Shown one piece after another: positions 36,701 to 50,228 of a stretch of DNA of 64,000 nucleotides. The notes below the pieces were generated by a model, which saw nothing but the letters and a program-made list of their open reading frames with translations, searched no databases and had not been told where the DNA came from. Each line of letters begins with the position of its first letter. The first letter of the stretch is position 1. The translations under genes were made by a program, and so were the position numbers. This DNA is from Orbicella franksi. Taxonomy: Eukaryota. The DNA is taken from NCBI GenBank assembly GCA_964199315.1, contig OZ116699.1, forward strand, positions 16,988,001 to 17,052,000, given 5' to 3'.

Positions 36701-39700
36701 GGGGCTGTAAATTTGTGGGTGTCAGCAGAATGAAAAGACACCTGTTAGCAATAAGCAAGGTTTGTTACTCACAACTGAGAGGGAACAGGAAGGGTGTTGG
36801 GCAGAACAATGGAAGTCATTGATATCGACTTTACACTCAAAGAAAGGGAAATCTTGAAATACATAAATGGTGTTACGATGTAGATTGAATGTCTGGACCA
36901 TTTCAACTTGGATGATGTAGTGTGATGGGTGCAGGGAATTTAATTAAGTGAGGTGTGTAGGAACAATATCAAGTGACCGGAGCAAGGCCATTCTCACACC
37001 AAGTTTCAAGAAAAATGCAAGTGAGAGGCAACGACAGACAGTGTATCACTGTATCACTTTGCTATCCTTACAAAGCAAAATCTTCTGCAAAGTCATTGTG
37101 AAGTGTCTATCCTGAGATGTACACTGTAAGTGAAGTAAAACAAACCAAAGGTGGTGCACGCCACTGTGTAATGTCAGCCATGCAGGATGATTCAAATCGT
37201 CTGTGCTCTGTAATCCTCTGATGAAGCAGCCAAGTACTTCCAGTTGTCTTAAAGAATCAAGGCACAGTCTGCGGGACCACAAATTTGTGACATCAACAGA
37301 TTGTACAGACACCCATTATTGATAAGCATTAGGTCTGTTAAAATGGGAAGGAGCAGGTCAAGAGTGATGGACGGAACATTTTAGGAAGGTCCTTAACCTG
37401 CCGGTCCAGATGAGGCAGCTAATGTATTGTCTGTGATGCTGAAGATCACCTTTTTCTATGAGAAAAGGCTCATTAATGGTTTTTAATAAGGATAAAGCAC
37501 CTTGCTAGATGAGATGAGCTTAGTGCCAAACATTTTAACTCTGACCCACTGAGCTGACTATAGAGATAACACTACTCTCACTTTTAACTGGAGGCTTGGG
37601 TCATGAAGGGATAACCAAGTAACTGGAGCGGAGGTGTTGTCTTAGTAATTTTCAAGAAAGCTACACAGGCTGACAGCAACAACTGGCAGGGCACCACTTT
37701 GTTATCCTTGAAAGGCACTCTTATGTAAAATCATTGTGAGATGTCCATCCATGGCAATTAATGAACTGTTGCTGAAAGATTACGTTGATTGAGGAAGAAA
37801 TCATGGCACAGAAACCTGTACAAGTTTAAGTTGATCAGTTAAAATTCTTAACTCTCTGGAAAGGGTAGAAGCAATAGGAGAAACAGAGAGATATATGAGA
37901 ATCTTTTGCACTCTCCAGACTCAGAATATTGATTGTTTAGAATGACAGTACATTATTTCAAGAGGCACAAAGCTTCAATACAGCTCGCATTAGAAAATGG
38001 TGTATTTGTTTGCTCAAGCAAGTAAACATACAGTATTGAGTTTTCTAAAAAGGCAAAGCTGGATTAGAGGTGACTGTTATCCATCCAAAACTAATGTGAC
38101 ACTGGATTGGACATGCTCCATGAGGAAGTAAATAACAACTACCAAGTTGTTCTCAGATGGATACCATAGAGTAAATTGAAAAAGGACATTCCAGGTCCAC
38201 CTGGTTGAAGAACAGGAAGAAGAGAAGCTCTAAGCCTTGTGACTTGCAAAGGACCAAGAATAGAGACAGATCCTTTTGTTTTTCTGTGCAACTCTTGGCA
38301 TCCAAAGGATTGATTGTGACAGCAATGTCATTAGATGGTGACAAAGCTTCAATGGCAGCTCTCGTTGAAATCATCATTCTGCACCCCAGGTACACAAGGC
38401 CATTCATTGTTGTACTTTGCCACTATCTTCATCCAAAGCCATGATGTTTGCTTCCTGTTGAATTTGCTACAGTTAACACTCAATCTACCTGGCTTGTCTA
38501 CGCCTTACATCTTATGTTAGCTATTGGACTGACAGAAATGGAGAAACCTTGCTGTTTCCCTGTGATCCACTCGGTGGCAAAGGATGATGAAGACAATGAT
38601 GTCATGGATGACACACGAGTGTATAACCTCCATGTTTACTTCATTGAAGCATTTTGCATGTCTTGTTTGCTTTTGTTGTATGTGTTGTCAGGAATTGCCC
38701 ATGCTCCATCATGGAGCAAATAGACAATGTCAAGCACACCTTGAAGCTTCAATGGCTTTGCTGGTTGAAACATTGATATCCTAGGCATACAAGGCCAGAA
38801 TGATATTTTGCCATGGATCCATTCCTGTCCTCTGTCAGTCTTGTGCAGACATGCTGACATCTCCTTCCAGTCAGGTCCTGTTTAACACTTTACATTACCT
38901 ATTTACCTACAATAACCTACTAGTGCTCTTTTCTTTCTTACTTTATCAATAGGTGATTTTCATTATGATGTCATAAAAATAGAATCCAATTTTTGTCTTT
39001 CCCTTGTGGTAAACAAAGCAAGTACTTGTTATTCAAGGCCAAGTACAGTGAAATGTGATTGTTGTAGTCAAATGACATCATAATGGAAGCAACCCATTGT
39101 TTGGAGTTCATCTACTTGTCTTGGTCCTGGTCTTCTTTCATCACTGCATTGGCAGCTTCCTATCTACTTACTTTAACTACACTTGCTATCTAATCATAAT
39201 GATCTTGTGAGAGTCTTGGTTGGTTCCAATGCATATCGGTCTTCTGTGTTCACTTTTCCAGTCTACATTGTTGTTGCTGATGAGAAGTCTACCTATGCCT
39301 ACAATTTGCAGACAGTCTAAGCTATGAAGGCCTACCACATGCATTGTAGGACTCCTTTGAGGAGAGTCCTCCCACAAGGCAGCATTGACAAGGAGACAGA
39401 TGTACATGTCTAAATATCAACATGGCCATAGTGAGAAAATCCCCCCCACTGCCTGTCACTCAAAGGCTGTCTTTACTGACTACCTGACTAACTTTCCTCC
39501 TCCTCAGGTTGGTTGGATCATCTTCACTGGTTGGTCTTGTGGTCTACTTAGATACCTTATCTGAACTGAGGTGTGTGCATTGTCCCATAATCCCATTCCC
39601 CTAGTGCCTTTTAATTTTTTGCAGGTTTTAAGGAAGTTTTATTTTCCCTTATCCAGAGCTGTCAGAAAAAAATGAAATTTGTCCTTGTAGACATCATCTA

Positions 39701-40517
39701 CAATGGAAAAAATGTTTCCTTGAAATTTGAACCAGCCCCCTTTGCAAGCTTTTTAAAAACATTGTAAACCTCACAACAATAAAAGGCATTAGGGTAAGTA
39801 CTTAGAGTCCTAACAACTGATTGATACTAGGGTACTAAGTTATAAACTGTAATGCTATATCTGGTTGAACCTTACTGGATGAATTTCACTTATCAGAGTG
39901 CTGACTGTCAAGTGAAATGTAATAGATGAATTGAACTAGGCGCAACTAAGCGGGAGTCAAACCACAGTACAAACAATGACATATAATGTCTCCAACTTGA
40001 AGTCGAAATGAAGCCGGAGCGAGATTGAACATCAGAGCCAGCATGTAGTCGAAAAAAGCCAGAGTGAAGTGAAAATCCAACCAGAATGAGGCCGAATAAC
40101 CTGCAACTTAACCCAAATTTAATACGAGGCAAAAGGGAGGAACCATACCAATCCCAGGGACGCATCAGTAAACTAACTAAATTATCTACATTAAGTTAAG
40201 CCAAATCAGAAGTCCAGGGACTTCTGGCCAAAGAGTGTGTGCTTGTATGCTTCGTAAGGTTCATCCAGAGCTTTATATTTACCCTCCCCTCCCAGCCCAC
40301 AGTGTAATTACTGACCACCATCATCATGTCTCGTCAGAGTCTTGGATGAAGTCAGCTGATCTGGGTTGAAGCTGAATAAGCTTAGACCATGAGTCGATCT
40401 TTGGTTTGGGAGGACTGAACTGTACCATGCTGTTCAGAAGGTCTTGGGATGGTTGCTTGGTGAAGAGGATTGATTGGAGCACAACTGATGCTCAGGAAAT
40501 GAACTGAAAAATGATAA
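33430..40517. repeat. Segmental tandem duplication, copy 1
   Basis: Collinear with 41430-49671, about 85-92% identical in the stretches compared by eye. Weaker similarity extends left to about 32700/40720. Confidence 0.9.
33825..40280 (-). pseudogene. Decayed transcription unit 'A' with long interrupted frames, product unidentified (copy 1)
   Basis: TATAAA at 40272-40277 preceded by a G-box, spliced 5' segments, and AATAAA at 33825-33830. Semi-open, protein-like minus-strand frames broken by stops run over about 5 kb. The same signals occur in copy 2 (49425-49430 and 41874-41879). Confidence 0.4.
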
Positions 40518-41429
40518 GAAGAAAAGTGAGCCTTATATAATCTTCCACTTTGAATGATATAAGTACTGAACATTTGATTGTGGATGGTTAAGACAATATA
40601 CAATACCCTTAACGTCATCCTTCTGTGTAATTGGCTTGAGTGATCAGAATTTGGCTAGTAAATTCAATATAATTTCTCTGGCAATAACAATAGTCTTTCC
40701 CTATTCATACCAATAGTGTATAAGTTATGCAGGCTGCAAGAACTTGGAGCTATATCAAGACAATGTCCCCTGCAGTCATGCGTCCCATGTGTCAACTACG
40801 TTGTACTAGTTATGTGCAGCTAAAGCAGTATTGTCTGATTCATTGTGGCAGAAATATCAAAACTACCTTACCTCTGATCGAAATCATGTGCAGTCCCAAA
40901 GCACTAGCTTCTTAATATTATCTCCATCTCAAACTGGTGCAATTTTCTGATAGGTTGATCCAACGTTCTTTCTCACTGGATGTTTATCAGGGACAGTGTT
41001 ACACTCTCAAGCTTTCATGGAGCATCCTGCTAATTTGCTCAAACACAGATCTGCTCAAGATAGAGGTTAGTAATGATTAAAAGTAAAAGTGCATTAAATT
41101 TGAGACAAGTGGTTAATTTCACAATCACAATCTCTGCAAGGATGGTCATGCTAAGATACATTTGAGATTTGTGTAAAGACATCATTTCTTTTTGAACCAT
41201 ATATTTGGTACAGTGTGAGCAGTACATGTTCTGAGAATTTTGCAGTACATCAAGACAATGGCAACCTTAACACTGTTTTCTTTTCTGATGTATGCTCTGA
41301 GAATTTGGAGATAATTCAAGGCAATGTCTCCAAAACTCGTGCCATTTCTCATCAGACCTTTGTTGTTAAACTTCACAAGACTGCCTTTGTTGTTACCAAT
41401 GATCAATAAGATTACCTCTGATCCATGCA

Positions 41430-44400
41430 TCCATTTCTTTTCTGTTGTTCTGGTAGTAGTAGAATGAACTTGTCTGCAAGGTCATGGATGATTGTCCACG
41501 TTTGAGGTGGTTTTTAGGAGAGGATTTAATCAGCACTCTACCAGGGAACTAAAGCACATTTTACAAGTTAATAGCTGAAACTGATAATCATGTGTGACTT
41601 ACCTTTATGATGAGGAATGATGGTCCCAAATGTCCTCAATGAACATTCAATAAATTTCACTTTTGATCACTTTTTGACGCCCCCGAAAATGGACGCTTCT
41701 TGATTTTGGTAATTTGGACGCCCCCGAAAATGGACACTGTTTGAGTTTGGTAATTTGAGTCAATGTGTTTGCCCCCGAAAGTGGGCTGATTCCACCTAGA
41801 TAACAATACTTTAGTACCTTACATTAAGTAGCTAATGTATTAGAAAAAAACAGACTGACACCATGTTTTTAGTTTTATTGTATTAATAAGTAATATCAGA
41901 AACTCATAAAGGGGCTCAACAACTCCTTATGAGTTTCTGGCAAATGTAAATTAACATAAAAGTTAGTTACAATAATATTTAATCTCTTCATGATTTCTTG
42001 CTGTCTCCTCCTTTCTGTTTGCTCCCGAAAATGAGCAGCAACCACCAGCTACGATTACTATGCTTTTTACAATAACAATATTACTTTTTACAATGCAAAA
42101 AAATCCACAGGACCTAAGTTAAAGCATGAGGGGGTGCGCTCCTAAAGCTGAATAATTTAGCATCCAGAGAAAGCCAAGAGTGTCCCAGTGTCAGTTGACA
42201 CTTCATTTGGAACACCCAGGGCCCCTGGATGATTCTCATTGGTCTGCGAGCTTTGGCTTGGTAACAAGTCATCTCGCTACCAAGCCTTAATGTGTTCGTA
42301 GCCGGATAATGTTCCGAAACCAAGAGCCGAACTGTAAGCGAAACCCGAACCAAAATGCTATCATTAATTATTATAGTTAAAACAACTTAATCCACGTACC
42401 TCTTGCCAGGTTGTAGAAACAACTTACCTTAAATATCATTTCTTGGTCCTTCAACCCAAAGGATAGCTCTGTCTCAACATAAGCATTGCCAGAGAAATGC
42501 TTCTGAATGTATGACATGACAAGCATACAAGTAGAGCAACCAAGAGGTACAAATGACACTAAGATCACGGATGACTCTTATTGAGTGGTTTCTCTCAACC
42601 ATATTCCAGTCTTGTTCATCCCTTTTGAAGCTGCTCCACATGTATAGTGATGTCGTGAGTTTAGTTGAAGGTATGAAGATCCAGCAAGAATTCCACAGTT
42701 TGGAAATTGATCCACCCTTGCTGCAAGATAGTCCTTTAATTAGGTTTGTAATGTCTTTCTCTTACAGGACTTCCAGGTTAGACTTCAATATGAGGTTGAA
42801 AACCTCACCCCATAAATCGGGAATGTCTCAAAGGGCAGCAACAAGAAGTGAGTGGCAAGTCAAAGACTAGAAATAGAGTTTGAAATGTAAGGGCTATATA
42901 GCACTAGTAGACGTTCACAGGTCACCAGATGAATGAGTGAAAAAACGTATAATTCACATATTCTTGGCTCCAGTTAGTGCAGATGGAGTAAATTTGTTTC
43001 TTAGGGAACAGACTTGGAAGCAATTTTGTTTTCAGTCCTGAATGATATCCAAGACTTGCAGTTGCGTACCTTGAGAAGTTTGCTGAGAAGTTCATCCTTG
43101 AGTAGGAAACAATGAGATATTGATCAGATCCAGATTCTACAGTACTGATGCTGGGCAAGGATGACTGAAATCCAGAGCTGTTCTTTGATAATACTGATCC
43201 TGAGTGGAATAACACATTTTGTTCATGCCAAAGAACATGATGAATCATGACACTTATGATGAAAGTGTCTGTGTATGCTGTGGTCCAGTTGGAGGATTTG
43301 TGTTTCTCTTGCAAGATTCTTGAGAGGTTGCAGGCTCTGTATATTTTGGTAGTAAAGATCTGGGATGAGACATTTCTCTACCAGTATTATTGCCATCAGA
43401 GGATGGCCTTGATTGTTTGACAGCTACAGAAAAGCAGTGCTTGTTTAGTTAGGAATCAACCTAGTGAGTAGGTAGTATTTGTGTTATTCCTCAATATTCC
43501 AGCTTTCCAGTGCTCCATTACTTTCAAGTAGCTGAAAATTGGTTTCTTGGTATAGTACATGCTAGTTGGCTGTGTGGGACATTTGGTAGCATCAGACGGC
43601 ATGGATGACGAGAGAGTTGTGGAAAGGCGTGGTTTTAAGTAGTGTAAACAATGATGGTGTCTAAGACTTACGAACTTTTGTAGTACAAAAGAACCTTTCT
43701 GGCCATTCATCAGTGGTGTCTTGTTTCTATACAGGCATAATTTCCTCCACCTCTCTTAATAGGTGGGATGAGAGTGAAATTAATAATAATCCTCATCCCT
43801 GGAAAACAGAACATTTCTTGTAACATTTAATGGCGTGTTGGGAGTGATCACCATCACTAAAGCTACACATAGGGTGTTAGTAGGACAGATGTTTCTCTGT
43901 GTGTAAGCTCAGGGCTGTTTTGCATATTGCATTTGGCTCCTTTTTGAATTAAAGGACATGTTTATTGCTCCTCACTTGTATTATATCAGGGGTTCTTGTG
44001 TATTTTCTTGGGCTTCTTCTTGAATCCAAGTGTAGTAGGTCTACCAATCAGGATTAACCAAACGTGTTGTAAAGGAACTTTTAAGTCCTGTGGAGGTGCG
44101 GTGGTTTCATGGTTAGTGCACTTGTCCCCAGATCGAGCGGTCCAGGTTCGACCTTGGCTGGGGACACTGTGTTGTGTTCTTGGGCAAGACACTTAACTCT
44201 CATAGTGCCTCTCTCCACTCAGGAGTATAAATGGGTACCAGCAAATTGTTGGGGAAACCTAACAAATTGCAGGGGAGTGACCTGCGATGGGCTAGCATCC
44301 CATCCAGGGGAAGTAGAAATACTCCTACCCACTTTATGTTACAGAAACCAGGATAAGCTCCGGCAGCTATGAGCCAATTAGCTCCAAGGATTCACTTTAA

Positions 44401-47400
44401 TATATAATTTAATGCAGATCATGTGTTAAAAAGCTTAGCTTTGCTCAGTATCCTTGATGTTTGAGTGCAGTACATTAACAGAGGCTACTGTTACAAATCA
44501 CAAGTAATCCACAGCCCGAGACAACCTCTGGACATAGGTACAAAATGAAAAGCACCTTTTTGATAAGCAAGTTGACTGAGAAACTTCTTAGAAGGAAAGG
44601 AAGAATACTAAACCCAGCATGTTTGAGAAGCCCTCAACAAGGCTGCTGTGGAGAGGCATTGAGACACATTTATCTTTATCTTATGTTAAGGTTACCATAA
44701 AATAAACAGTCGGTCCGCAGAAGGGTTTTTGATCTTTGTGTCCTCAATACCCAGAGGCATCTTGTTTTAACTCAGGGACTTATCCAATATTTCCAGGACC
44801 TCTTTGAACAGGTGGGTCTACACCCACATCAGTCATCTTCCCATTGATGGGATAAAAGAGCTTGTGTTTGAGAAGAGGGGCCTGTGTAGGAAGTACATGA
44901 CCATCAGGTCACTGCCTTTGTTAAATCAAGGCTATACTCTGAATACTACCAGACAGTCAAGACAAAATCAATGTTGTACTCTCTTGGATGATCGTCTGTG
45001 GCACAGATTCTATATGGAACTGCTGGACTTGGTCGAGTTACTCACCAGCTTGCTCTTTGCTTTCTTCTTGTCTTTGATGGTCTCCTAGTTGTCCCCGTTC
45101 CACTAACTGTGCATGTTTCCTTGAATCCAATAATATTGTGGTTAAAGGGGCTTCATGTATGTTCCATTTTATGAGAGAATTGTTTTCAATGTCTAAGTAA
45201 CAGATCATTAAGATCAAACAAGAGTTGTTGAGAATCTTGTATCTTTGGCAGAGCCTTCTACTTAAGTTTCCAAGCAAACCTGTGAATTTGTTGGTGTAAG
45301 CAGAAAGAAAAAACACCTATTAGTAATAGGCAAGGTTTGCCAGTTGCAACTGAGAAGGAACAGGAAGGGTGTTGGACAGAAAAATGGAAGTCATTGACAT
45401 CAACCTTACCCACCAAAAAAGAGGAATCTTGTAATACATGAATGGTTTTGCGAATGTAGATTGAACATCTGGACCATTTCAACTTGGATGGTGTAGTGTG
45501 ATGGCTGCAGAGAATTTAATTAAGTGAGGTGTGTAGGAGCAATATGAAGTGACTGGAGCAAGGCCATTCTCATACCAAGATTCAGGAAAGAAATGCAATG
45601 TAAAGGCAACATGAGACAGTGTATCACTGTATCACTTTGCTATCCTTACAAAGCAAAATCTTCTACAAAGTCATTGTGAAACATCTATCCTGAGGTGTAA
45701 GTGAAGTAAAACAAACCACAAGCCACTGTGCAATGTCAGCCAGGCAGGTTGATTGAAATCTGCGCTCTGTAATCCTCTGATGAAGAAGCCCAGTACTTCC
45801 AGTTCTCTTAGAGAATAAAGGCAAAGTCTGCAGGACCACAAATTCGTGGCATCAACAGATAGCACAGACACTTATTATTGATAATCAAGGTCTGTTACAA
45901 CTGGGTGGGAACAGGAAGAGTGAAGGACAGAAAATGGCAGAAAGGTCCTTAACATGGAGGTCCAGTGTTGAAGATCACTTCTTTATATGAACAGTGGTTT
46001 TAAAAATGGTAAAGCACCTTGCTGGACCAGACCAGCTCAATGCTGAACATGTTAAGTCTGACCCACTGAGCTGACTATAACTATATTACTCTCACTTTCA
46101 AGAGAACCACATGGGCTGATGGCAACTACTGGCATTGTAGCACTTTAATATCCTTGAAAGGCAATCTTCTGGTAAATCATTATGAGATGTCCATCCATGG
46201 CAATTAATGATCTGCTACAGTTAGATTACCTTGACTGAGTAAGAAATCATGGCATGGAACTCTTAAGGAGTCTCAGTAGTGAAGTATGAAAGTCATTTTT
46301 GTTGTTTTGTTGTATTTCCACATTCAACATTTTCTGAGTAATGAAATATTTCACAGATGTTATGAAAGTGAAGAAAGGATACAGGAGTTAGCAATTTAAG
46401 ATCTACATGTGATAGAGAACAATGGAGAAAGAATGTCAGCAGGGACAAAGATGATGATGAAGACAGCAATGATAAGTTTAATGCTGGAACTTTCACAAAA
46501 GCTTCCATGTTTAATCTGGTGTACTACTGGGATATGTTACCTGAGGTTTAATGTAAAACATTGCCACTGTTGGGTGCTGTTTTGAACCACAGACTGGAGT
46601 AGAGGATTATGTTGACATTGTTCCATTGGAAGATCACCTTGCTCTTTTATATCTTTGTTGTAATATCAAGTAGCAACCACTGGAGAGCTGGGAGGTAAAG
46701 GTTACTCACTCTGAAGAATACTTGGGTGATGACTTTAAACATAACAGCACCAACACCAGTCAAGATTGGAGAACACACTGTTTTTCAGGATCTCTCCAGT
46801 TCTTTAATAACTCTGCCATTATTCAAGAACAAACATTCTGAAGTGGCAAGGCAATGTCACAGGAGTGTTCATAAGTTTCTGATCTCTCTTGAGGGGTAGA
46901 AACAACAGTGGAAACACAGACATATATATGACTCTTTTGCAGTCTCAAAATGCAGAATAGTGATTGTTTAGAATGACAGTACATGATTTGAAGAAGGAGA
47001 AAGCTTCGAGAAAAATGTCGTATTTCTTTGGCCAAGAAATGAAAACTGCAGTTTTGAGTTTTCCATAAAGGAAAAGCTGGATTAGAGGTGACTGTTATCC
47101 ATTCTGAAACTAAAGTGACATTGGATTGGACATGCTCCATAGAAGGCAAATAACAACTGCAAAGTTGTTCTCAGATGGATTCCAGAGAGTAAAATTGAAA
47201 AAAGACATTCCAGGTTCACCATTGGGAAGAACAAAAAAAGAACAGGAAGGGAAGCTCTAAGTCTTAACTAGGTGCAAGCCTTTTGACCCGCAAAGGACCA
47301 AGGATACAGATAGATCCTTTTGTTTTTCTGGGCAACTCTTGGTGTCCAAAGGATTGATTATGGCAGCAATGACAATAGATGGTGACAAAGCTTCAATGGT

Positions 47401-49671
47401 AGCTCTTGTTGAAATCATCATTTTGCACCCCAGGTACCCAAGGCCATTCATTGTTGTACTTTGCCACTATCTTCATCCAAAGCCATGATGTTTGCTTCCT
47501 GCTGAATTTGCTACAATTAATACTTTATCTACCTGGCTTGTCTACTCCTTCCTTCCTAATGTTAGCTATTGGACTGACAGGAATGGCGAGACCTTGTTGT
47601 TTCCCTGTGATCCACTCAGTGGCAAAGGATGATGAACACGATGTCATGGATAAGACATGAGAGTATAACCTCCGTGTTTACTTCATTGAAGCAGGTTGCA
47701 TGTCTTGATTGCTTTTGTTGTATGTGTTGTCTACAATTGCCCATGCTCCATCATGGAGTAAACAGACAATGTCAAGCACATCTTGAAGCTTCAATGGCAT
47801 TGCTGGTTGAAACATTGATATCCTAGGCGTACAAGGCCAGAATGATATTTTGCCATGGATCCATTCCTGTCCTCTGTCAGTCTTGTGCAGACATGCTGAC
47901 GTCTCCATCCAGTCAGGTCCTGTTTAACAATTTACATTACCTATTTACCTACAATAACCTAGTAGTGCTCTTTTCTTTCTTACTTTATCAATAGGTGATT
48001 CTCATTGTGATGTCATAAAAACAGAATCCAAATTTTTATAATCACGGTAGATCCAAATACAGTGAAATGTGGTTGTTGTAGTCAAATGACATCATAATGT
48101 AAGCAACCTATTGTTTGGTGTTCATCTACTTGTCTTGGTCCTGGTTTCATCTTCTTCTTTCATCACCGCTTTGGTAGCTTCCTATCTACTTACTTTAACT
48201 AAACTACCTGATCATGATGATCTTCTAACAGTCATTGGTTGGCTCAATTGAAGACCAGTCTTCTGTGTTCACTTTTCTAGTCTGTATTGTTGTTGCTGAT
48301 GTGAAGTCTACCTGTGCCTACAATTTGTAGACAGTCTAAGCTATGAAAGCCTACCACATGCACTGTAGGCCTCCTTTGAGGAGAGTCCTCCCACAAGGCA
48401 GCATTGGCAAGGAGACAGATGTACATGTCTAAATGTCAACACTACCATAGTGAGAAAATCCTCCCCACTGCCTGTCACTCAAAGGCTGTCTTTACTAACT
48501 GCCTGACTAACTCTCCTCCTCCTCAAGTTGGTTGGATCATCTTCATCGGTTGGTCTTGTGGTCTACTTAGATACCTTATCTGAACTGAGGTGTGTGCATT
48601 GTCCCATAATCCCATTCCCCTAGTGCCTTTTAATTTTTTGAAGGTTTTAAGGAAATTTTTTTTCCATTATCCAGATCTGTCAGAAAGAAATGAAATTTGT
48701 CCTTGTAGACATAAAGGGTGAACGTTATCTTAATGACTCATCTACGATGGAAAAATGTTTTCCTTGGAATTTGACTTGGCCCACTTTGCAAGCTTTTTAA
48801 AAAACATTGTTAACCTCACAAAAATTAAAGGCATTAGGTAAGTACTTAGAGTCCTAACAACTGATTGATACTACTTGAACTGAACTAGAAACTGAAACCA
48901 TTAAACCAGCAACGAGTGGCCAAAACTGGTCTCCTTGCTGCAGTTGAATGGCTTTGGCTTCTAGGGTACTAAGTTATAAGCTGTAATGTTATATCTGGTT
49001 GAACCTTACTGGACGAATTTCACTTATCAGCGTGCTGACTGTCAAGTGAAATGTAATAGATGAATTGACCTAGGCGCAACTAAGCGGGAGTCAAACCGCA
49101 GCACGAACAATGACATATAATGTCTTGAACTTGAAGTCGAATTGAAGCCGAAGCGAAGTTGAACGTCAGTCGGAGTGTAGTCGAAAAAAGCCGGAGTGAA
49201 CTGAATGAGGCCGAAAAAAATTAAGGCCGATCTGCCATCACTGGCTGAAGAACCTGCAAAGAAACCCAAATTTAATACAAGGCAAAAGGGAGGAACCACA
49301 CCAATCCCAGGGACGCATCAGTAAACTAACTAAATTATCTACCTTAAGTTAAGCCGAATCAGAAGTCTAGGGACTTCTGGCCGAAGAGTGTGTGCTTGTA
49401 TGCTTCGTAAGGTTCATCCAGAGCTTTATATTTACCCTCCCCTCCCAGCCCACAGTGTATTTACTGACCACCATCATCATGTCTCATCAGAGTCTTGGAT
49501 GAAGTCAGGCTGATCTGGGTAGAAGCTGAATGAGCTTAGACCATGAGTCGATCTTTGGTTTGGGAGGACTGAACCATACCATGCTGTTCAGAAGGTCTTG
49601 GGATGGCTGCTTGGTGAAGAGGATTGATTGGAGCACAACTGATGCTCAGGAAATGAACTGAAAAATGATAA
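41430..49671. repeat. Segmental tandem duplication, copy 2
   Basis: Direct-orientation copy of 33430-40517. It carries extra sequence at about 43750-43830, 44089-44505 (SINE), 46270-46790 and 48870-48960. Confidence 0.9.
44092..44398 (+). mobile_element. tRNA-derived SINE with a CORE-like central domain, full length
   Basis: A box TGGTTTCATGG (44102-44112), B box GGTTCGACC (44145-44153) and central CTTGGGCAAGACACTTAACTCTC. It is absent from duplication copy 1, and homologous pieces occur at three other sites in the window. Confidence 0.85.
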
Positions 49672-49734
49672 AAAACAATGTTATTGAAAATTAAAATAAA
49701 CTGCTATGACAATGGAAGGATAGTTTCATGTCTT

Positions 49735-50228
49735 AGGCCTTATCACGGTTTTCGACGCCATCTTGTTGGGTAGGCCAGGCGGTCAGAAATTACAGTGTTT
49801 GTATGGGAATCCAATGGCAAATAACTTTTTCCAAAATTGAATTTCACACAATTTGTGAATCAAAACGTTAAAAGACTAGGTAGAAGATTGTATTCACCAA
49901 GTTTGGAGGATGCAGCTTGGCTAGAAGACGCTCTAATTTTCCATACATTTGTCTGTAAAATTTGGCTGGGTAGATGGACGTCTAGACGCGGTTCGCGGGA
50001 AAAAATTACAGACAAATGTATGGAAAATTAGAGCGTCTTCTAGCCAAGCTGCATCCTCCAAACTTGGTGAATACAATCTTCTACCTAGTCTTTAAACGTT
50101 TTGATTCAAAAATTGTGGAAAATTCAATTTTGGAAAAAGTTATTTTCCATCGGATTCCCATACAAACACTGTAATTTCTGACCGCTTTGCCTACCCGCAA
50201 GATGGTGTCGAAAACCGTGATAAGGTCT
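49735..50228. mobile_element. Long foldback element/MITE, 494 bp
   Basis: Arms 49735-49958 and 50006-50228 are near-perfect reverse complements around a 47-bp spacer. Confidence 0.9.

Noticed and set aside
38300-38480. EALSPSNDIAVTIN resembles the SSDD motif C of segmented negative-strand RNA virus polymerases (possible endogenous viral element)
   Set aside because: The catalytic residues do not match in either copy (SND in copy 1, SIV in copy 2), motifs A, B, D and E were not found, and alternative frames look equally protein-like. It is worth retesting only with a rebuilt consensus.
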